Program-made: the position numbers and the translations under genes
IMG/VR virus record: IMGVR_UViG_3300009602_000008
Coordinates: 1-30,928 of that record
Direction: 5' to 3' (one strand)
DNA from: a virus
Lineage: Duplodnaviria; Caudoviricetes
DNA length: 30,928 nt
Notes under the pieces: generated by a model
Seen by the model: the letters and a program-made list of their open reading frames with translations, nothing else
What the model was told of the DNA's origin: nothing
Database searches by the model: none
In this document: one piece after another, positions 25,881 through 30,928 of the stretch
Numbering within the stretch: position 1 is the stretch's first letter
Layout: each line of letters begins with the position of its first letter

Positions 25881-26726
25881 TTATAAAACATTCCTTGATC
25901 TAAAAGCTTCTTTTATTGCGTTAAAATCTATTTTCTTGTCTTTATAATAAATATTTTTTTCCTTTGAATAATAAAGATAATACATGGTGTCCTTAACCGT
26001 TTGTCCTCGGTGTTTAAGAATTCTAAGAGTAGGATAAAAGGCATCCTCAATCGAGAATCTTTGTAAAATATAATAAAATTGGACTAGATTCGCTATCGTT
26101 TTAGAACCTCTAATGTCAGTTATACTTATAAAGCGTGGTGTATTCTCTGAGATTTCCGAAGCCGTATGCGCTACTAGTATTAAAGGCTTTTTAACTTTAG
26201 AAATTAGTTCTTTTAGTTCCCAAATAAAAGTAGATTGTTCACTAGGATGGATGTCGCAATAAAATTCACTGGTCGTAATATTGTCATAAAATATTATTGC
26301 AATATCATCCCTGGCAAAAGTCTCCCTCATATAATCTTTTTTCTTTTCAGTCTCACCCCTTTTAAAGAACTCCGGCCAGTGCATTTCTGAATGGATTAAA
26401 AGTTTTCCAATTAAAACTAAAAGGTCCTCTTTTGCCATCGTAGCACCGGCCATAATAAATTCTATTAGAAAATCGTGTTCTGTTTCCTCGCTTAACCAAA
26501 CTAAAACCTTTTTACCTGATGGGCATTTTCTTAAGGCGTCCCAAATTAATGACCTCATTAATGTTGATTTACCACCATGCGACACCCCTAAGTAAAGATG
26601 AATAGCCCCTGGCCTGTGGCCGTTATGTTCTAATAGATAATTATAGTCCGAGTACCAGGCAACCCTCTCACGCTCCTGCATAAGTTCATGGCATTTTAAA
26701 ATTGTATCCTTTGAAACCGATTCCAT
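25881..26726 (-). CDS. DnaB/RecA-fold (SF4-like) helicase, ATPase domain only
   Basis: G.RPG.I....GVSHGGKST Walker A, LSEE, IIFYDN, LVAH, DIRGS..I and LKHRG arginine finger; follows the initiator. Confidence 0.75.
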   Translation of the reverse strand: MESVSKDTILKCHELMQERERVAWYSDYNYLLEHNGHRPGAIHLYLGVSHGGKSTLMRSLIWDALRKCPSGKKVLVWLSEETEHDFLIEFIMAGATMAKEDLLVLIGKLLIHSEMHWPEFFKRGETEKKKDYMRETFARDDIAIIFYDNITTSEFYCDIHPSEQSTFIWELKELISKVKKPLILVAHTASEISENTPRFISITDIRGSKTIANLVQFYYILQRFSIEDAFYPTLRILKHRGQTVKDTMYYLYYSKEKNIYYKDKKIDFNAIKEAFRSRNVL

Positions 26727-26772
26727 TTTTATACTCCCTTTTTAAGTGTTTCATATTATATATTATTTTTTA

Positions 26773-27756
26773 TTAAATTTGTTTCAGAAAGGCTTCTTTT
26801 AAGGGATCTACTCTTTTAACTGGCGTTGAATTTAAATAACCTTCAAATTTTGGCCCAAATAAAGTTGAAGGTCTTAAATATTTTGCCATGATTGGATCGC
26901 CACCCCATTCCCGGACCTGGTTATCAATCACTTGCTTAAAATCTTCAAAATTATAATTTTCTTTAAAACGTTTTCCAATTTCTCGAATTGTTTCGGTGGA
27001 CTGTGCCCTAAATTTTTTATTTGTCCTTGCGTTGAGATATTCAATTACTTTTAATGCTATAAGTTGAACTGAATTTTTTATCTTTTCTTTTTCCTCCTTA
27101 TTTGCCCTTTTTCCAGCCCTTTGACTCTCACCCTTAACCTTTGCATACGTTTGGGGTTTAACAGCTAAATTTGGGGCATTTTGGGCTAAATTTAACTCTG
27201 ATTCTCTTAAAGTAGTGCTACCTTTTTTTATAGGTACAGGATTTTCTTTAGAAAATTCTTCAAGATTCGACTCGTTGCTTAAACTTGATTTGGTTAACGG
27301 GTCGGTTTTTGTATATGTATTATTAATATATATATAGTCAGAAACGTGATTCCTCGTTTCTAGAAACTTGATTTTACCACCACTTTTTATTTCACCCTTA
27401 GTCGTAGTGGGCGCTTCGTGGGTTTCATAAACTTGATCCCTAGAAACGAGAAATCTCGTTTCTAGAAACTTGATTTTCACACTATAATAATTTTTTGCTG
27501 GAGCTCCGTGACGGCTTATTTCTAATATTTTTTCCTGTTTTAATCTTTTAAAAATTGATCTTCTTTTGCACTCTCCTATCAAACATTCCTGCTGAATTTC
27601 TTTTGCGTCACAATGAAACTCTTCTTTATTGCCTTGTCTTATTATTAAAAATTGGAGTAATAACGCCGTGTCTTTGCATCCAAACTCCTCCGCTAAGTGA
27701 CGGTTAATAACAAAATTATTGTTGGACCCCAACGCTATGCCTAATAGATTTTCCAA
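26773..27756 (-). CDS. Replication initiator (lambda O-like, conserved phage C-terminal domain)
   Basis: N-terminal winged-helix-like region; C-terminal VIEYLN..T.K.F...Y..EDFK.VID.....W......KYLRP.TLFG.KFEGYLN; internal iterons; TTG start after AAGGGG. Confidence 0.88.
   Translation of the reverse strand: MENLLGIALGSNNNFVINRHLAEEFGCKDTALLLQFLIIRQGNKEEFHCDAKEIQQECLIGECKRRSIFKRLKQEKILEISRHGAPAKNYYSVKIKFLETRFLVSRDQVYETHEAPTTTKGEIKSGGKIKFLETRNHVSDYIYINNTYTKTDPLTKSSLSNESNLEEFSKENPVPIKKGSTTLRESELNLAQNAPNLAVKPQTYAKVKGESQRAGKRANKEEKEKIKNSVQLIALKVIEYLNARTNKKFRAQSTETIREIGKRFKENYNFEDFKQVIDNQVREWGGDPIMAKYLRPSTLFGPKFEGYLNSTPVKRVDPLKEAFLKQI
27311..27477. repeat. Putative replication origin: iterons plus an AT-rich tract inside the initiator gene
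   Basis: The 23-bp repeat ctcgtttctagaaacttgatttt occurs at 27353 and 27455; inverted repeat ctagaaacgag/ctcgtttctag at 27440-27465; an alternating AT run near 27319-27336. Confidence 0.75.
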
Positions 27757-27781
27757 GAAATTCCCCTTTATTTTAAATTGT

Positions 27782-27815
27782 TTGACTCGTTGGGTCCAAT
27801 TATGTTATATAATAT
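27782..27815 (+). promoter_or_regulatory. Putative promoter for the rightward recombination operon
   Basis: TTGACT followed by ttatgttatataatat, a 16-mer identical to 23661-23676. Confidence 0.45.
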
Positions 27816-27850
27816 TTAAAATTACAACACCTAAAAAAGGATGCTTAAAA

Positions 27851-28051
27851 ATGAAAGTAGATGAGAAACTTTCTCAACTCGGTTTGATCATTAGCGATTT
27901 AACCATTGAGATAAAAAATTTAAAAGAGAAGGCGCAGGATTTTGAGAATAGATATTGGTCAACGGTTCTGGAACTAGACAGTCAAAAAAAGGATTATGAG
28001 GTTTTAAAAATTGAATATAAAGATTTATGCGGAGGGCTTCTTGATGGATGA
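27851..28051 (+). CDS. Hypothetical coiled-coil protein (66 aa)
   Basis: ATG 27851 after AAAGGA; heptad Leu/Ile pattern. Confidence 0.65.
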   Translation: MKVDEKLSQLGLIISDLTIEIKNLKEKAQDFENRYWSTVLELDSQKKDYEVLKIEYKDLCGGLLDG

Positions 28052-28256
28052 TGAGGAATGCTATCAAATATGTCAATTTTGTTTTAATCCTTCAGGCGTG
28101 TTCTGCTCTTGCAGAAAAGCTAAAGAGAGTATGAAGTTAGAAATTAAAAGAGAATTTATTAATTCAACTTTTGCAGAATTTAACAATTTGGATATTACAG
28201 TTCGCGGCGAAGAAAGATATTTTAAACATGAAATAGGAGAAAAAAAATGGGTTTAA
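28044..28256 (+). CDS. Small Cys-rich protein
   Basis: ATG 28044 after GGAGG; CQFC......CSC motif. Confidence 0.6.
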   Translation: MDDEECYQICQFCFNPSGVFCSCRKAKESMKLEIKREFINSTFAEFNNLDITVRGEERYFKHEIGEKKWV

Positions 28257-28882
28257 AAAAAGGAATAGTTCCAATTCACGGTAAGCAATACAAAACGGTG
28301 GCCTTAAGGGTTGATGAGTTTAGGAGCTCCTTCTCTGGGTATGGGATGGACACTCAAATAATTGATGCAGGAATTGAATCTGGTCATGCGGTTATAAGTG
28401 CAAAAATTTACAATCCTGAAGGGAGAATAATTGCTTCAGGATATGCTACGGAAAAATGGGGGTCTTCTAAAATTAATACTACTAGTGCTTTAGAAAATTG
28501 CGAGACTAGCGCAATAGGCCGGGCCTTAGCTAACCTGGGCTTAGGTGGGGAAGAGTACGCCTCAGCCGACGAATTGATAAGCGCCTTAGAACAACAAAAC
28601 CAAAATAATAAAACGCCCCCTAGTAAAAAAAATCTAAGGGATAACCGATCTTCAAACGTAAATGTGACTTACTTAAATTCAATTAAAGATGAGTTTAAAA
28701 GAGTCTTTGAGGAAATTAGAGTTGTCGTGGGTGACGATTCAGCCTTGGAGATGTGTGGTCTTGATCCAAAAAAACCAAAAGAATCTTTAACTGAAATTTC
28801 TATGATGGATAATAATAAGTTGTCTTCTCTAACTGATGAGTTGAAACTTAAATGCCACTGGATAAATGATAAAAAAACCTGA
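28247..28882 (+). CDS. Single-strand annealing protein / recombinase (Rad52/Sak/Erf-like)
   Basis: GK.Y..VA.R...F, ASG.A.E......IN.TSALENCETSAIGRALA.LG.G....AS.DE motif. Confidence 0.75.
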   Translation: MGLKKGIVPIHGKQYKTVALRVDEFRSSFSGYGMDTQIIDAGIESGHAVISAKIYNPEGRIIASGYATEKWGSSKINTTSALENCETSAIGRALANLGLGGEEYASADELISALEQQNQNNKTPPSKKNLRDNRSSNVNVTYLNSIKDEFKRVFEEIRVVVGDDSALEMCGLDPKKPKESLTEISMMDNNKLSSLTDELKLKCHWINDKKT

Positions 28883-28893
28883 GAGGCATGGGC

Positions 28894-28971
28894 ATGCAGG
28901 ATGTTTTAGTTTTTCTTTTTTATACTATTATAATTTCTATTCTATGGTGGGTCATTATGAACCCACCATAG
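28894..28971 (+). CDS. Possible 25-aa single-pass membrane peptide
   Basis: MQDVLVFLFYTIIISILWWVIMNPP, with SD GAGAGG 7 nt upstream; the 3' end lies within an 11-bp hairpin. Confidence 0.45.
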   Translation: MQDVLVFLFYTIIISILWWVIMNPP

Positions 28972-29058
28972 GTTCTAATTTTATCTATTGATTATATAAT
29001 ATTTTTCCCCTACACTTTTTATACAAAAACATTTCATCTTTTATAACGAGGAAGGTTA

Positions 29059-29472
29059 ATGCGAGTTAATCAGTCTTATAAGGTCGTAAAGTGCATAAAA
29101 TGTGGCGTTGAATTTTTTTTTAATAAAAAGGATTATAGTGTTTGTCAGGATTGTCTTCAAATTGTTTTTAAAGAACTTGAGACATTGGCCGACGAGCGAA
29201 ATAAAAAAATAAAACTTGAAAGAGATGCTGAAAGGAAAAGGAGACTGCTTGAAGCCAGAGGTAAGTCTTACAATAAGTTTTATAAAATTCGTGAACTAGT
29301 TATTGACCAATCTTTTAGACCTTTAGAAAAGGCTGTTTTAATAGACCGTGATTGCTTAAAATGCGATAGGGGCTTTGTAGCTAAAGGGAAATTTAATCGG
29401 CTTTGTGAAAGGTGTAATGAACAAAATTTAAACTTTTATCGAAGGACACGAGAGGAACATCCAATTGAATAA
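29059..29472 (+). CDS. Double zinc-ribbon protein
   Basis: Four CxxC motifs forming two pairs (CIKC/CQDC and CLKC/CERC), linked by a charged helix; SD GAGGAAGG. Confidence 0.75.
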   Translation: MRVNQSYKVVKCIKCGVEFFFNKKDYSVCQDCLQIVFKELETLADERNKKIKLERDAERKRRLLEARGKSYNKFYKIRELVIDQSFRPLEKAVLIDRDCLKCDRGFVAKGKFNRLCERCNEQNLNFYRRTREEHPIE

Positions 29473-29668
29473 TATAGATTTTATAAACCAATTAAAAAAC
29501 ATATTAGAAGAAAATGGATATGCGATCTCTTTTAAAAAACATAAAGAAGACCTCTTTACTATTAACGCTAATAAAAATAATTACTCCTATGGGGATTGCG
29601 GAAGGTCAGAGCAAGAATGTCTTGTTAAAATGCTTCATTGGGTTTCGGGGTTCACAGATGGAAACTAA
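29465..29668 (+). CDS. Hypothetical protein
   Basis: 67 aa, TTG start after GAGGA, overlapping both neighbours. Confidence 0.6.
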   Translation: MNNIDFINQLKNILEENGYAISFKKHKEDLFTINANKNNYSYGDCGRSEQECLVKMLHWVSGFTDGN

Positions 29669-30062
29669 ATTAATGGTTGATTATAGTAAATCTTTTATTG
29701 GGAAACCTTATTTATGGGGCGGTGAAGGACCTGAGGCCTATGATTGCTCTGGTTTTATCCAAGAGGTTTTAAGTTGTATTGGCTATGATCCTACAGGCGA
29801 TCAAACCGCCCAAGGGCTTTATAATTACTTTTCCAAAACAGCTAGAGGTAAAGGGATAGCGGCTGGATCTTTATTGTTTTGGGGGAAGTCAATTAATAGA
29901 GTTACTCATGTTTCTATGGCCATTAACTTTTTTCAACATATTGAAGCAGGAGGAGGCGGCCGGGCTATTAATAGTTTGCAAAAAGCAAAAACATCAGGCG
30001 CTATGATAAGAATTAGACCGATCGTATCAAGAAATGATTTATTGGCAGCTATTAAAATTTAA
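29658..30062 (+). CDS. NlpC/P60 cell-wall peptidase (candidate endolysin)
   Basis: IGKPYLWGG......DCSGF catalytic Cys, G.LLF.G, THV catalytic His, IEAG; start moved to ATG 29658. Confidence 0.9.
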   Translation: METKLMVDYSKSFIGKPYLWGGEGPEAYDCSGFIQEVLSCIGYDPTGDQTAQGLYNYFSKTARGKGIAAGSLLFWGKSINRVTHVSMAINFFQHIEAGGGGRAINSLQKAKTSGAMIRIRPIVSRNDLLAAIKI

Positions 30063-30134
30063 ATACCCCTTCCCTTTTTAGTTTATAATATTTACAATTA
30101 ATTTTCATAATCTCCCTATCAAAAACATTTCCTC

Positions 30135-30167
30135 CGCTCTTAAGGGCCGAAAGGCTCTTAGCGTTTT
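30135..30167 (+). terminator. Probable terminator with a GAAA tetraloop
   Basis: TAAGGGCC-GAAA-GGCTCTTA, then GCG-TTTT, where the early and late transcripts converge. Confidence 0.6.
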
Positions 30168-30352
30168 AATTCTTTTTTAATTATTTTATTTATTTCTTTT
30201 TGAATTCTTTTAGAGTTATTTTCTCCACTATCCATATCAATAATAAATTTAAGCCAAGACTTCTTTAACTCTAAGTCTCCGTCCTTTTTATCCAAATATT
30301 TATCTAAAACCCTAATAACAAAAGGTAGACATGCAGAAATTAAACTCATCAT
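30158..30352 (-). CDS. Small protein with an amphipathic N-terminus; last late gene
   Basis: 64 aa; its start directly follows the stop of the junction-spanning ORF. Confidence 0.65.
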   Translation of the reverse strand: MMSLISACLPFVIRVLDKYLDKKDGDLELKKSWLKFIIDMDSGENNSKRIQKEINKIIKKELKR

Positions 30353-30805
30353 TTAAATATCCCTTAATATAATTTGATCATAACCGAAGGTATAAAGACG
30401 ATGAAATTCTTTCTCCGTTCTAAAAATAAACACGCAAAAACCTTCCTTTATGGTCAAATTATAAACTTTATAATTACTCAAACCAGCTCGCACAATTGGA
30501 CAGTTTCCCTCCACAGCAACCTTTCTTTTAAAGATAATCTGCTGGTCAAGATCCTTTTTACTTTGACATATTGAGGTTCCTTGATAATTAATTTTATCCC
30601 CATTACAATAAACTGTGGCCGGAATAGTATACTCATCACTATTAAAAACAATAAGCCCCCAAGAATGAGCCTCTTTTTTTGAGAGAGCTTTAACTTCTAA
30701 AAAGCAATCCTTCTCTAAAGGAGATGGGACGAAATTATAAATGTATTTTTTTTTATTCTTAATGACCCTTTTTTTATGAAATGCGTTCTGGATTGAAATG
30801 TGCCT
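30353..30805 (-). CDS. 3' part of the junction-spanning exported or lipoprotein-like protein
   Basis: RHISIQNAF...DCFLEV...HSWGLI...VYCNG...GTSICQSK...GNCP...GFCVF...HRLYTFGYDQIILRDI, stop at 30355-30353; 151 codons with no internal stop. Confidence 0.75.
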   Translation of the reverse strand, partial: RHISIQNAFHKKRVIKNKKKYIYNFVPSPLEKDCFLEVKALSKKEAHSWGLIVFNSDEYTIPATVYCNGDKINYQGTSICQSKKDLDQQIIFKRKVAVEGNCPIVRAGLSNYKVYNLTIKEGFCVFIFRTEKEFHRLYTFGYDQIILRDI

Positions 30806-30928
30806 ATGACAACTCTCCAGCGTTAAAAGATCCAGATTCGTAGGGCTTTCTATCTCTATTTTATATTTTTGGGAGAGTTTAGGAAGCGCCGTCCCTTTAA
30901 ACGAATGGCCATTGACCGTAATGTTTAG
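30806..30928. repeat. 123-bp direct terminal repeat, right copy
   Basis: Identical to bases 1-123. Confidence 0.95.

Overview
The window looks like a complete, circular-mapping, AT-rich tailed phage genome of about 30,805 bp. Bases 1-123 are repeated exactly at 30806-30928, and a 235-codon ORF reads straight through the join. One long minus-strand late region runs from 23335 down to 1 and wraps to 30158. It encodes, in order: a 7-deazaguanine DNA-modification cassette (ParB-like, DpdA-like, QueC, QueD, QueE, two small ORFs, FolE); small and large terminase; a Mu-like head module (DUF935-type portal, gpF-like protein, protease with a nested scaffold, decoration protein, capsid, gp36-like and gpG-like proteins); a non-contractile tail (major tail protein, chaperone with a -1 frameshift, tape measure, distal tail, hub, fibre); and small membrane or exported proteins. 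The remainder is early and replication genes: an HTH protein, DUF3768, VRR-NUC, a truncated DnaB-like helicase, a lambda O-like initiator carrying its own iterons, an annealing protein, zinc-finger proteins and an NlpC/P60 peptidase. I saw no integrase, transposase, DNA polymerase, tRNA or CRISPR array. All calls come from reading motifs by eye; no searches were run.
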